The notes beneath the pieces were generated by a model, which was not told the DNA's origin, searched no databases, and saw only the letters and a program-made list of their open reading frames with translations. From Pirellulales bacterium (lineage in GTDB: Bacteria; Planctomycetota; Planctomycetia; Pirellulales; PALSA-1355), in NCBI GenBank assembly GCA_963733035.1, contig CAVTBU010000004.1, forward strand, positions 288,001-352,000: DNA of 64,000 nt, given 5' to 3'. Position numbers and translations under genes: made by a program. Numbering within the stretch: position 1 is the first letter of the stretch; each line of letters starts with the position of its first letter. Shown here piece after piece: positions 1 through 9,356 of the stretch.

Positions 1-3000
1 AGGGCCTGCCTCGCGGCATGGAGGTCGATATTTTTCCCAGCCTGAACCTGCCGGTGATCTATGTCTGCCAGCCATATGGCGGCATGGACCCGGCACAGAT
101 GGAAGGGTTTCTGACCAACTACTATGAGTACCACTTCCTCTATATCAGCGGCATCCACCACGTCGAATCGCGAAACGTGCAAGGCACTGCCTTGATGAAG
201 GTCTATTTTCATCCAGGCACCGACATGGCGCAGGCGATGGCCGAGACGATCAACTACGTCAACCGCTCGCAAGCGTTCATGCCGCCGGGAACGGTCTCGC
301 CCTTTGTAATGCGATTCGATACCGGCAGCGTCCCAGTCGGCTACCTGGTGCTTTCGAGCGACACGCGGAGCATTGCCGAGATTCAAGACCTGGCTTTGTT
401 TCGGGTGCGTCCCATGTTCGCGGCATTGCCCGGAGTATCCGCACCGCCTCCGTTCGGCGGCAGTGCACGGACGATTGTCGTCATGGTCGATCCGCAACGG
501 TTGCAGTCTTACGGGATGTCCCCGGAAGAAGTGGTCACGGCGCTGACCAACGGCAATACGATCAGCCCCTCGGGCAACCTGTTGGTAGGCGACAAGTACC
601 CGGTTGTCGCCGTGAACAGTGCTGTCAAGGACCCAGCTACGCTCCTGACCATTCCGATCCGTACTGGCCAGGACCCGGTTTACATTCGAGACGTCGGCTA
701 CGTGAACGATTCCGCCGATGCGCCAGCCGGCTACGCGCTGGCCAACGGCCGGCGAGCCGTGTATATCCTGGCGACGAAACGTGCGGATGCGTCGACGATG
801 AGCGTCATCAGCAATATCAAGCGGGCATTGCCGGAAATGCAGTCGGTTCTGCCTGACGACATCAAGGTGAGCTTCGAGTTTGACCAGTCTCCCTATGTCA
901 CGCGCGCCGTGAGTTCCGTGGTTCTTGAAGGGGCAATGGGCGCTCTCCTCGTGGGACTTGCAGTGCTGGTCTTCCTACGCGATTGGCGCAGCGCGCTGGT
1001 GGTCGTACTAAACATTCCTTTGGCCTTGTGCTGCGCTGTCATGGCTCTCTGGTTGTCGGGCGAGACGATCAACGTGATGACGCTTGGCGGCCTGGCACTT
1101 GCGATCGGCATCCTCGTGGACGAAGCCACGGTGGAAGTTGAGAACATCCACACGCAAATGATGCGTACCGACTCGATTGCGCTGGCCGTCCGCTTGGGCA
1201 ACGCCCAAACTGCCGTGCCTCGATTGCTGGCAATGCTTTGCATTCTGGCGGTCTTCATTCCGGCATTCTTCATGCACGGTGCCGCCCAACGACTATTCAC
1301 GCCACTGGCACTGGCTGTCGGGTTCGCCATGATCGGCTCGTATTTACTGTCAAGCACCTTCGTGCCGGTCGTCAGCGTCTGGCTGCTGCGGCATGCACAC
1401 GTTGCAGAAGACGAAGACACGTCGATCCTCGCTCGGCTGCGGAAGCGATACGAAGTGCTTTTATCGAAACTTGTCGCTGCGCGGTGGCTCATATTGTCGG
1501 CATACGCCGTGACTGCGCTCGTGATCATCGGGTGGCGCGGTCCGCGGATGGGACAAGAAATCTTTCCCGTAGTGGATGCGGGACAGTTTCGCTTGCGTAT
1601 TCGCGCGCCCGACGGCACGCAGATTGCTCGGTCAGAACAATATGCTCGTGACGTGCTGGATCTGGTCACCCAGGAGGTCGGAGCAGACAACGTCAAATTG
1701 ACGCTCGGCTATGTCGGGATGATTCACTCGAATTTTCCGGTGAACGCCGTCTATCAATGGTCGCGCGGGCCGGAGGAAGCCATCCTGTACGTCGAGCTCG
1801 ACGACGAAGGTGGCGTCAACGTCGAGGAACTTAAGGAAGCACTCCGGACGCGCGTTGCAGAGACCATGCCAGAATTGCGAGTATCCTTCGAGCCATCGGA
1901 CATCGTCAATGAGGTGATGAGTTTTGGCTCACCCACTCCGATCGAAATCGCCGTGAGCGGACCGGATCTGGCCGATAGCCGCGACTTTGCCGGGAAACTC
2001 CGCGGTGAGTTGTCAAAGATCTCATCGCTCCGCGACGTGCAGTTTGGACAGTCGATGGATTACCCCACGATCGAGGTTGAAGTCGATCGCGAAAAAGCCG
2101 GCCTAGCGGGATTAACTCCGCTCGATGTGTCGCGCGCCTTGACGATGGCAACGTCTTCAAGCCGCTTCGTCGTGCCCAATTATTGGGCTGACCCGAAGTC
2201 GGGCATCGCCTACCAGGTGCAAGTCGAAGTCCCGCGGCCGGTGCTTCGCTCGCCGGACGACCGAGTACAAACCGTCAACTCCGCCGACGACCTGGCCCTG
2301 CTTCCCGTGGGCAATTCGCAAGGTGAGCAGGTCCTGGTGCGCGACGTGTCGCGCATCGAGTCGGGCACCATGCCCGGACAGTTCGACCGGTACAACATGC
2401 GGCGCCAAGTGAGCATCACAGCCAACATCTTTGACCAAGACCTGGGAAGCGTGGCCGACGAAGTTCAAGCTGCCATCCAACGTGCGGGCGAACCTCCCGG
2501 CGGCGCCAAGATCGAAGTTCGAGGCCAGATCGTTCCAATGGACGAGATGATGAGCGGGCTGTTGGTCGGATTTGTAGTCGCCATCCTGGTGGTCTTTCTG
2601 GTTTTGACGGCCAACTTTCAATCCGTGCGACTGGCTTTGACGGCAATATCCACCGTACCGGCGGTCATCGTCGGCGTGCTGGTTATGTTGTCGCTGACCG
2701 GCACGACCCTGAACATTCAATCTTTTATTGGGGCCATCATGGCCATCGGCGTCGCCATGGCGAACGCGATATTGTTGATCACGTTCGCCGAGCACACGCG
2801 TCGCGAAGGGCACAGCGGAGCAGATGCTGCTGTCGTTGGAGCGTCGAGCCGAATGCGGGCGGTACTTATGACCAGTTGCGCGATGATCGGTGGGATGCTA
2901 CCGATGGCGCTCGGCTTGGGCGAGGCCGGTCAGCAGAATGCTCCTTTAGGTCGGGCCGTGGTCGGCGGTTTGTTGGCCGCCACGGTGGCCACGCTCCTGA

Positions 3001-3137
3001 TTCTGCCAAGCATTTTCGCGATCATACAAGGTCGGGCCCAAACCGCTTCCGCCTCGCTGGACCCAACCGATCCGCACAGTCCGCAATTCACGCCTCAGGC
3101 AGCCAACCTGTTGGCTGGCGTCGGAGACCAGGCATGA
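1..3137 (+). CDS. RND efflux permease subunit (AcrB/CzcA superfamily), 5' end outside the window
   Basis: The frame is open from the window edge (GLPRG-MEVDIFPSLNLP). It has two periplasmic loops and two TM bundles, with motifs INVMTLGGLALAIGILVDEATVEVEN, EIFPVVDAGQF and RMRAVLMTS. Confidence 0.93.
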   Translation, partial: GLPRGMEVDIFPSLNLPVIYVCQPYGGMDPAQMEGFLTNYYEYHFLYISGIHHVESRNVQGTALMKVYFHPGTDMAQAMAETINYVNRSQAFMPPGTVSPFVMRFDTGSVPVGYLVLSSDTRSIAEIQDLALFRVRPMFAALPGVSAPPPFGGSARTIVVMVDPQRLQSYGMSPEEVVTALTNGNTISPSGNLLVGDKYPVVAVNSAVKDPATLLTIPIRTGQDPVYIRDVGYVNDSADAPAGYALANGRRAVYILATKRADASTMSVISNIKRALPEMQSVLPDDIKVSFEFDQSPYVTRAVSSVVLEGAMGALLVGLAVLVFLRDWRSALVVVLNIPLALCCAVMALWLSGETINVMTLGGLALAIGILVDEATVEVENIHTQMMRTDSIALAVRLGNAQTAVPRLLAMLCILAVFIPAFFMHGAAQRLFTPLALAVGFAMIGSYLLSSTFVPVVSVWLLRHAHVAEDEDTSILARLRKRYEVLLSKLVAARWLILSAYAVTALVIIGWRGPRMGQEIFPVVDAGQFRLRIRAPDGTQIARSEQYARDVLDLVTQEVGADNVKLTLGYVGMIHSNFPVNAVYQWSRGPEEAILYVELDDEGGVNVEELKEALRTRVAETMPELRVSFEPSDIVNEVMSFGSPTPIEIAVSGPDLADSRDFAGKLRGELSKISSLRDVQFGQSMDYPTIEVEVDREKAGLAGLTPLDVSRALTMATSSSRFVVPNYWADPKSGIAYQVQVEVPRPVLRSPDDRVQTVNSADDLALLPVGNSQGEQVLVRDVSRIESGTMPGQFDRYNMRRQVSITANIFDQDLGSVADEVQAAIQRAGEPPGGAKIEVRGQIVPMDEMMSGLLVGFVVAILVVFLVLTANFQSVRLALTAISTVPAVIVGVLVMLSLTGTTLNIQSFIGAIMAIGVAMANAILLITFAEHTRREGHSGADAAVVGASSRMRAVLMTSCAMIGGMLPMALGLGEAGQQNAPLGRAVVGGLLAATVATLLILPSIFAIIQGRAQTASASLDPTDPHSPQFTPQAANLLAGVGDQA

Positions 3138-4462
3138 ACAACATTTACGTCACAGTCAGCGCCTATTTGTCGCTGTCAGTACTGTTCGCCGCGACAACAG
3201 GCTGCGGTCAAGGCCCACCCGCGGCGAGGCAGGATAACGGCACTGCCGCCTTGGAACGTGTCGTCGTGGGCAAACCAGTGCGCAAGATTCTCACGCTTTC
3301 CACAACGCAGCCCGGCCGGATCGAGGCATTTGAAGAAACGCCGCTCTTTGCGAAAGTGGCAGGCTACGTTGACAATGTCTTGGTGGATATCGGCGACACC
3401 GTGAGGAAGGACCAAACGCTGGTCAAGCTTTCGATTCCCGAACTGGTGGACGAACTGGCACAAAAGGAAGCACTCGTCGCTCAAGCAGAGGCTGAACTCG
3501 AACAGTCCAAATCGGCTATCTCCGCCACAATCGCAGCTGCCGAAACAGCGGAGTCTAGAATTGAAGAGGCCGACGCCGGGACAGCCCGCGCCCAGGCGGA
3601 TCACAAACGCTGGGAATCCGAGCACGCGCGGATCCAGGAACTCGCGGCCAAAGGGTCGGTGAGCAAGAAATTGGAAGAGGAAACGCTGAATCAACTGCGA
3701 TCCGCAGAGGCCGCAATCCGAGAGGCCACGGCTAGGGTGCGATCCGCCAGAGCAGCTCACTTCGAAGCGCAGGCCAATGTGCGAAAGGCTCGCGCCGATC
3801 AAGGTGCCGCCGAGGCTCGGCTGCGAGTTGCCAATGCCGAGTTGGCCCTCGCGAATACCATGCTGGCCTACACCGAAATTAGAGCTCCTTACGATGGCGT
3901 TGTCACGAGCCGCGACGTGGTTACGGGCCATTTTGTCCACCCGGCCAGCGCGGGCGAAAGCAGACCGCTCATGGCCGTCGCGCGGACGGACAAAGTGCGT
4001 ATTTTCGTAGACGTGCCGGAAATGGAATCGCCTTACGTCGACGCCGACGATCCGGTCCAGGTAAAGGTCCAGGCTCTGCCCGCAAGGGAGTTTGACGCGA
4101 CCGTAGTCCGCACCAGTTGGTCGCTGCTGGAGGTCAATCACTCGCTCAGGGCCGAGGTCGACGTGCTGAACTCCCACGGATTGCTGCGGCCGGGCATGTA
4201 TGCCGCGGTGACGATCCGTCTCGATGAACGGCCCGACGTCCTTACATTGCCGGCAGTTTCGATCGTGCGGAGCGGCCAGGAAACATACTGCATTGGCGTC
4301 GTCTCAGGTAAGATTGAAAAGAGACCCGTTCAACTGGGGCTTCGTAGCGGCAGCGACGTGGAGGTACTTTCCGGTCTCGATGCCGAATCCGAAGTTGTAC
4401 TGAAAGAACCTGAGAGACTGCGAGCAGGACAACACGTACTTCGCACTCCGGCGGCGAAATGA
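3134..4462 (+). CDS. RND periplasmic adaptor (MFP), probable lipoprotein
   Basis: ATG at 3134 overlaps the RND stop (ATGA). Signal peptide ends TTGC. Motifs AKVAGYV..V.VDIGD, an Ala-rich coiled coil, IRAPYDGVV and LRPGMY. Confidence 0.92.
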   Translation: MNNIYVTVSAYLSLSVLFAATTGCGQGPPAARQDNGTAALERVVVGKPVRKILTLSTTQPGRIEAFEETPLFAKVAGYVDNVLVDIGDTVRKDQTLVKLSIPELVDELAQKEALVAQAEAELEQSKSAISATIAAAETAESRIEEADAGTARAQADHKRWESEHARIQELAAKGSVSKKLEEETLNQLRSAEAAIREATARVRSARAAHFEAQANVRKARADQGAAEARLRVANAELALANTMLAYTEIRAPYDGVVTSRDVVTGHFVHPASAGESRPLMAVARTDKVRIFVDVPEMESPYVDADDPVQVKVQALPAREFDATVVRTSWSLLEVNHSLRAEVDVLNSHGLLRPGMYAAVTIRLDERPDVLTLPAVSIVRSGQETYCIGVVSGKIEKRPVQLGLRSGSDVEVLSGLDAESEVVLKEPERLRAGQHVLRTPAAK

Positions 4463-4491
4463 TCGTTGTTGCGTCACAAGAGAATTGCCAA

Positions 4492-5169
4492 ATGGTCCGG
4501 TTACTCGTCATTGAAGATCAGCCAAAGCTGCGGCGCAATCTGCAAGAAATGCTTCAGAACGATGGCCATCACGCGGTCACTGCCAGTACTGGCGAAGAGG
4601 GGTTCTACCTGGCGACGACGCAGTCATTCGACGGAATGATTCTCGACTTGTCGCTGCCGGGCCGCGATGGAATGGAAGTCCTAACGGATTTACGCAGCGC
4701 CGGTTTCGATAAGCCGATTCTCATCGTTACGGCCCGGGATGGCGTCAATGACCGGGTTTCAGGCCTCGACGGCGGCGGCGACGACTATCTGGTTAAGCCC
4801 TTCGCCCAGGCTGAGTTGTTGGCCCGCGTTCGAGCACTGTTGCGGCGCAGTACAAGCGATGCCGCAGTGACCTTGCGGTGTGCCGACGTCGAAGTTGACC
4901 TCTTGCGCCGCCGCGTCGTCCGCAACGGTACGGAACTTGAGCTAAGCCAGCGAGAGTTCGAATTGTTGGAATACCTGCTGCGCCATAAGAATAGCAATGT
5001 TACCCGCGACATGTTGGCTCGCGACGTGTGGAAGGAACCCCACGGCGTATTGAGCAATGCAATTGAAGTGTGCGTCAATGGACTGCGGAGAAAAGTCGAA
5101 TTCTCCGACAGTGGACCACTGATTCAGACGATTCGCGGCGTCGGTTATACCGTGAGGGACCAGACTTGA
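4492..5169 (+). CDS. OmpR-family response regulator (CusR/CzcR-like)
   Basis: REC domain (LVIED, ILDLSLPGRDG, DDYLVKPF) plus winged helix (LSQREFELL, IQTIRGVGY). An alternative start exists at 4459. Confidence 0.93.
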   Translation: MVRLLVIEDQPKLRRNLQEMLQNDGHHAVTASTGEEGFYLATTQSFDGMILDLSLPGRDGMEVLTDLRSAGFDKPILIVTARDGVNDRVSGLDGGGDDYLVKPFAQAELLARVRALLRRSTSDAAVTLRCADVEVDLLRRRVVRNGTELELSQREFELLEYLLRHKNSNVTRDMLARDVWKEPHGVLSNAIEVCVNGLRRKVEFSDSGPLIQTIRGVGYTVRDQT

Positions 5170-6587
5170 GTCGCTTGAGCATTCGCTGGCGAATCGCACT
5201 TTGGAACACGGCGGCCTTCGCCGTCATCCTGCTTGCCTTCGGGCTGGCAGTTTATTGTCTGCTTCGCAAAACGCACTACGATCAAGTCGACCGCCGCCTG
5301 CAGGCCCAATACAATAAAGTGGCCCAGCGCGATCGCGGCGGCTCCCAGTCAGGCGGCGAATTGCTGAGTTCCGGTAACAACCTGGCTTTTGTCATTGATG
5401 ACGGCGGTCAGGTTGTCGAGCACACGCCAACTTTGTCAAAGGCGGACATGGCTGTGGCCGCCTCGCCACGTGACTCCGCGCCTCGGTTTGACACCGCATA
5501 TTTGCCTACCGCCGGACATGTTCGTCGGCTGATCGGCAGGGTACCATCGTCGGCTTCACAAGGCACGATTGTGCTGATGGCACGGTTGGAACACGTCCAC
5601 GAAGAGCTCTGGGAAGTGATTCGTGCGCTCTTGATCACCGCTCCAATCACGCTGGGGGCTGCCGCGTCGCTCGCGTACTTCCTGGCGTACAAGGCGCTGT
5701 CGCCGGTCGATCATTTGCGGCAGATGACCGACGAAATCACCGCAGAACGGCTCGACCGCCGACTTCCGACACGAAATCCGGCCGACGAGCTCGGCCTGCT
5801 CGCGCAAACGATTAACTCGATGATCGCCCGGCTCGAACAATCGTTCAGCGAAATCCGACGTTTCACTTCTGACGCCTCGCACGAACTACGTACGCCATTG
5901 TCAATCATCCGCAGCGAGGCCGAGCTGGGAATGGCCACCAGCGACTGTCCGGACACGGCTCGAACGCGATTCGAGAGCATCGTCGAAGAATGCAATCGCC
6001 TGGCTAAGATGACAACGCAGCTATTGGTGCTCTGCCGCGAGGAAGCGGGCGTTGCGCAAATAGATCAACTACCCGTTCAATTGGGCGCGATCGTTTCTGA
6101 CTCGGTCGACGCGCGTCGAGGTCTTGCCGAAGCGAAGCGACAATCCTTGTCTGTCAATATTGAAGCCGACGTAATAGTGATCGGAAATGCTGACCGTTTA
6201 CGGCAAGTCGTGGACAACGTGCTGGAGAATGCGATCAAGTACACGCCTGAGGGCGGTCGCGTGAAAGTGACCCTGACCCGACAAAACGCGGACGCCGTGC
6301 TTTGCGTGCAGGACACTGGAATCGGCATCGATGCCGAGGACGTGCCGTCCATCTTTGATCGCTTTTTTCAAGCCGCCCAGGGAAGGCAGGACGCTGACGG
6401 CGCCGGCCTCGGCCTCAGCATCGTTAAGAGCATCGTGACTGCGCACCATGGTCGAATCGAGGTTCGAAGTGAACTCGACACGGGTTCGGTGTTTCGCGTT
6501 CTATTGCCTGCCTTCGACGTTGGCGCTTTGTCGCCCGACGATCGCAATACCATGGCAAACGGCAATCGAGCCCTGCCGAAGGAATAG
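5166..6587 (+). CDS. HAMP-domain sensor histidine kinase (heavy-metal-sensor-like)
   Basis: TTG start overlaps the regulator stop. Two TMs, HAMP (DELGLLAQTIN), H-box SHELRTPL, NAIKYT, DTGIGI, GAGLGL. Confidence 0.92.
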   Translation: MSRLSIRWRIALWNTAAFAVILLAFGLAVYCLLRKTHYDQVDRRLQAQYNKVAQRDRGGSQSGGELLSSGNNLAFVIDDGGQVVEHTPTLSKADMAVAASPRDSAPRFDTAYLPTAGHVRRLIGRVPSSASQGTIVLMARLEHVHEELWEVIRALLITAPITLGAAASLAYFLAYKALSPVDHLRQMTDEITAERLDRRLPTRNPADELGLLAQTINSMIARLEQSFSEIRRFTSDASHELRTPLSIIRSEAELGMATSDCPDTARTRFESIVEECNRLAKMTTQLLVLCREEAGVAQIDQLPVQLGAIVSDSVDARRGLAEAKRQSLSVNIEADVIVIGNADRLRQVVDNVLENAIKYTPEGGRVKVTLTRQNADAVLCVQDTGIGIDAEDVPSIFDRFFQAAQGRQDADGAGLGLSIVKSIVTAHHGRIEVRSELDTGSVFRVLLPAFDVGALSPDDRNTMANGNRALPKE

Positions 6588-6742
6588 CTAGTATTTCCCT
6601 ATTGGCCAGTATGAATTTGACACGGTGGGGACTGCGACGAAGGTGACTGGAAGTCCCCTACAGACGGCGCGAGAAGCCTTTTCTGCGGCAGGTTCCCATA
6701 CGACGTAGGCTTGGGGAAAGGGCGAGCAAAGTAGCGTGCGGC

Positions 6743-7408
6743 CTAGACGCGCAGCCAGGAACTACTGCGGGTCTGGCGGATTTCGCCGAGAATGCGATGG
6801 GTGATGGCCATCTCCACCAACTCTGCCAGCGACCGGGTTTGCAGCTTTTGCATAATGGCGGCACGACGCATCTCGACCGCCCGTTCTGAGATTTTCAACT
6901 TCGACGCGATCACCTTGTTCGGAGTGCCGGCCAAAAGCAACTGCAACGTTTCCTGTTCGCGTATCGTAAGTCGCCTGATCCGCTCGTCGATCGTCCCATA
7001 CTCCGATTGCTGCCGACGCCATTTGGCGTCCAGCGCGAGGGCTTTCTGAACGCGGTCGAGCAACAGCTCGCGCTCGAATGGCTTTTCCAGAAACTCGATA
7101 GCTCCGGTTTTCATGGCAGCCACGGCCATCGAGACGTCCGCGTGAGCCGTGATGAAAATCACCGGCAGTCGCTTGCCCTCGCGAATGAGTTGCTCATACA
7201 GCTCAAGACCATTCTGTTGGGGCATCTTGACATCGAGCACCAAGCACCCCGGCATGGAGGGATCATAGTACCGATGAAAGCTTTCCGCCGACGGAAACCC
7301 GCTCGCGACAAACTTCATTGCCCTAAGAAGCGCCGTCAGGGAGTCCAGCATTTGGCAGTCGTCGTCAACGACAAATACAGTCGGTCGATTGGTTGGCTTG
7401 GGAAACAT
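6743..7408 (-). CDS. FixJ-like response regulator (REC + LuxR HTH)
   Basis: VFVVDDD, CLVLDVKMP, FITAHADV, FLEKPF, and HTH LTIREQE..NKVIA..L.IS.RAVE.RRAAIMQKL. Confidence 0.92.
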   Translation of the reverse strand: MFPKPTNRPTVFVVDDDCQMLDSLTALLRAMKFVASGFPSAESFHRYYDPSMPGCLVLDVKMPQQNGLELYEQLIREGKRLPVIFITAHADVSMAVAAMKTGAIEFLEKPFERELLLDRVQKALALDAKWRRQQSEYGTIDERIRRLTIREQETLQLLLAGTPNKVIASKLKISERAVEMRRAAIMQKLQTRSLAELVEMAITHRILGEIRQTRSSSWLRV

Positions 7409-9050
7409 GGATTGCAGATCGTGGTAGACAGAAGCTGACGACAGCACCGCCGATGTTGCGATTGTCGCCCCACAATCGGCCATGATATCGATCGAGTATG
7501 GTACGACTGATGGCCAGGCCCATGCCTAGACCTTCCTGTTTGGTTGAGAAAAACGGAGCAAATGATTCTTCCGCGGAACCGGTTGGGAAACCAGGTCCCG
7601 TATCCGCGACTTCCACAAACACATTTCCGGCCGCGGCGTAGGTACGGATGTCGATCCGACGTTGCTTGCGCGGGTATTCCGTCAACGCCTGTGCCGAGTT
7701 CTGCACTAGATTGACCAACACCTGTTGGATCTCAAGTGGCTCGGCCATGACCGATGTCGCGTTGATACACAAGCGTACCGTTAGCTGGACATCGGCCTGT
7801 TCGAGTTGGGGGCGGCAAAGTTCGCACACCTCGCGAACCAAACCGTTGAGTTCGACGAGGGTCCCCCCGCCCGCTCCGGTTCGCACGAAGTTCCGCATAC
7901 GCCGTACGATCTGGCCGGCCCGCAACGCAGCCCGTTTCAACTGCGCGAGGGTCACACGTGTCTCGGCAACGTCGAGCGTGCCGTTTTCCGCCGACAGTTC
8001 GAGCACGTCGGCGTAGTTGGTGATCGACGCGAGCGGCTGATTGATCTCGTGCGCTAACCCGGTGGCCAGTTGTCCCAGCGCCGTGACGCGCGAAGCGTGC
8101 GCGAGCCCTGCCGAAAGCTCGCGCATCCGCTTCTCGGCAGCTTCGCGTTCGGCGATTTCGTGTTCCAATGCGCGATTCGCCTCGACAAGCTCGCCGGTGC
8201 GCTCGATCACTCGCGTCTCCAACGCGTCACGCGCCTCGCTCAACAGCTCTGCGGTCACGCGGTGTTGCGACTCGCTCTCGGAAAGCTTAGCGATTTGTTG
8301 TCGGATCAGGTTTAGCGCCGGCTGCAGAACGACGAAATAAACACCAATCAACAATCCGAGTACGGCCAGCATCGCGGCCACACCACACCAGCGCAGAAAG
8401 TCGACTTGCCGACGCGACGACGCTTCAAGCATGTCCACGACGCGTTCCATCCGCTCAAGATACAGCGGCTCTGCGGCAAGAACTGTATCCAAATCCGCCT
8501 GTGTCGCGGGGTCCCTCGGCGCGTCGATGGGCGACGCCGAGGCGGCGATCCGGCCGGCCGCTAGTCGAATGGCCTGCAACTTCGGTTCAAGCGCTAGCAA
8601 AGCCGACTCAATTTGGTCATCGGCGACGGGCTCCAAACCCAGTGTCGCGCTACCTTCGAGCAGCCCTTGATGGGCCGCGCTCCACTCGTCAATCGCGATC
8701 GTGAGCTGTTCGCACCGCGTCTCTCGTTCGTCTGCATCCGAATGAGTCGCCAGGGCAATTGCGTTCTTCGCGATCTTCTGACTAAGCATCCGCTGCCGAC
8801 CGGCCACGTTGATCGCCGGCGCATAGAAATTCAGACGGACTAGCTGCGGCTGAATAATTGCTTCGTCGACGACCACCAAGAGTGCCACCGCCAGCAGAGC
8901 CAACAGATAGCGACGCGAAAGCAAACGCACCAGTGCGAGCGGATCGGTTGGCGACGCGACTACTTTCAGGCAGCGGACGGTCGTCGAACGTGGGGTTTCG
9001 GTGCTCTGCGATGTGCGCATCCCCAAGGCATGTAGAAAACCGCGTTCCAT
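7365..9050 (-). CDS. Sensor histidine kinase with NarX/PilJ-type periplasmic nitrate/nitrite-sensing domain
   Basis: TM1 is followed by P-box-like AINVAGRQRMLSQKIAK, then TM2 and a coiled coil. H-box AHEINQPL, DTGPG, FFSTK.EGLGMGL. Exact start uncertain (about 9020-9050). Confidence 0.88.
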   Translation of the reverse strand: MERGFLHALGMRTSQSTETPRSTTVRCLKVVASPTDPLALVRLLSRRYLLALLAVALLVVVDEAIIQPQLVRLNFYAPAINVAGRQRMLSQKIAKNAIALATHSDADERETRCEQLTIAIDEWSAAHQGLLEGSATLGLEPVADDQIESALLALEPKLQAIRLAAGRIAASASPIDAPRDPATQADLDTVLAAEPLYLERMERVVDMLEASSRRQVDFLRWCGVAAMLAVLGLLIGVYFVVLQPALNLIRQQIAKLSESESQHRVTAELLSEARDALETRVIERTGELVEANRALEHEIAEREAAEKRMRELSAGLAHASRVTALGQLATGLAHEINQPLASITNYADVLELSAENGTLDVAETRVTLAQLKRAALRAGQIVRRMRNFVRTGAGGGTLVELNGLVREVCELCRPQLEQADVQLTVRLCINATSVMAEPLEIQQVLVNLVQNSAQALTEYPRKQRRIDIRTYAAAGNVFVEVADTGPGFPTGSAEESFAPFFSTKQEGLGMGLAISRTILDRYHGRLWGDNRNIGGAVVSFCLPRSAIHVSQANQSTDCICR

Positions 9051-9227
9051 TGGCGTAGCGGCATTGTTCGTACGTTGGTCTGAAGTAGACGAACTTGTTT
9101 CCTGGAAAGCAGATGCGCTCGACGGACAAAACGCGGCCGGAGATGGCCGTGCCCACCGACGCGGCAGCGGTTGCCTTGAAGGACAGCAAGCCCGCGGCCG
9201 CCGAGCTGCCCTGCCGGCCCATGGCGC

Positions 9228-9262
9228 TTCGGATCTCCGAAAACCTCCTTCGGGTTTCCGAA
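9228..9262. promoter_or_regulatory. Two tandem palindromes TTCGG-N4-CCGAA; candidate response-regulator operators
   Basis: TTCGGATCTCCGAA (9228-9241) and TTCGGGTTTCCGAA (9249-9262) have a 21-bp period and lie in the divergent kinase/narK intergenic region. Confidence 0.6.
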
Positions 9263-9286
9263 GAATCGCACGGGTCGCGAGGAGGT

Positions 9287-9302
9287 GGGTACGGCGCTTG
9301 CT
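9287..9302 (+). promoter_or_regulatory. Candidate sigma54 (-24/-12) promoter of the narK operon
   Basis: GGGTACGGCGCTTGCT matches GG-N10-GC with TTGC, about 55 bp upstream of the narK ATG. Confidence 0.45.
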
Positions 9303-9356
9303 TCCCGCCGCCAGAACAACTTCCCGTCACCGAATAGCGTCGGAGCGATTCTGGAC

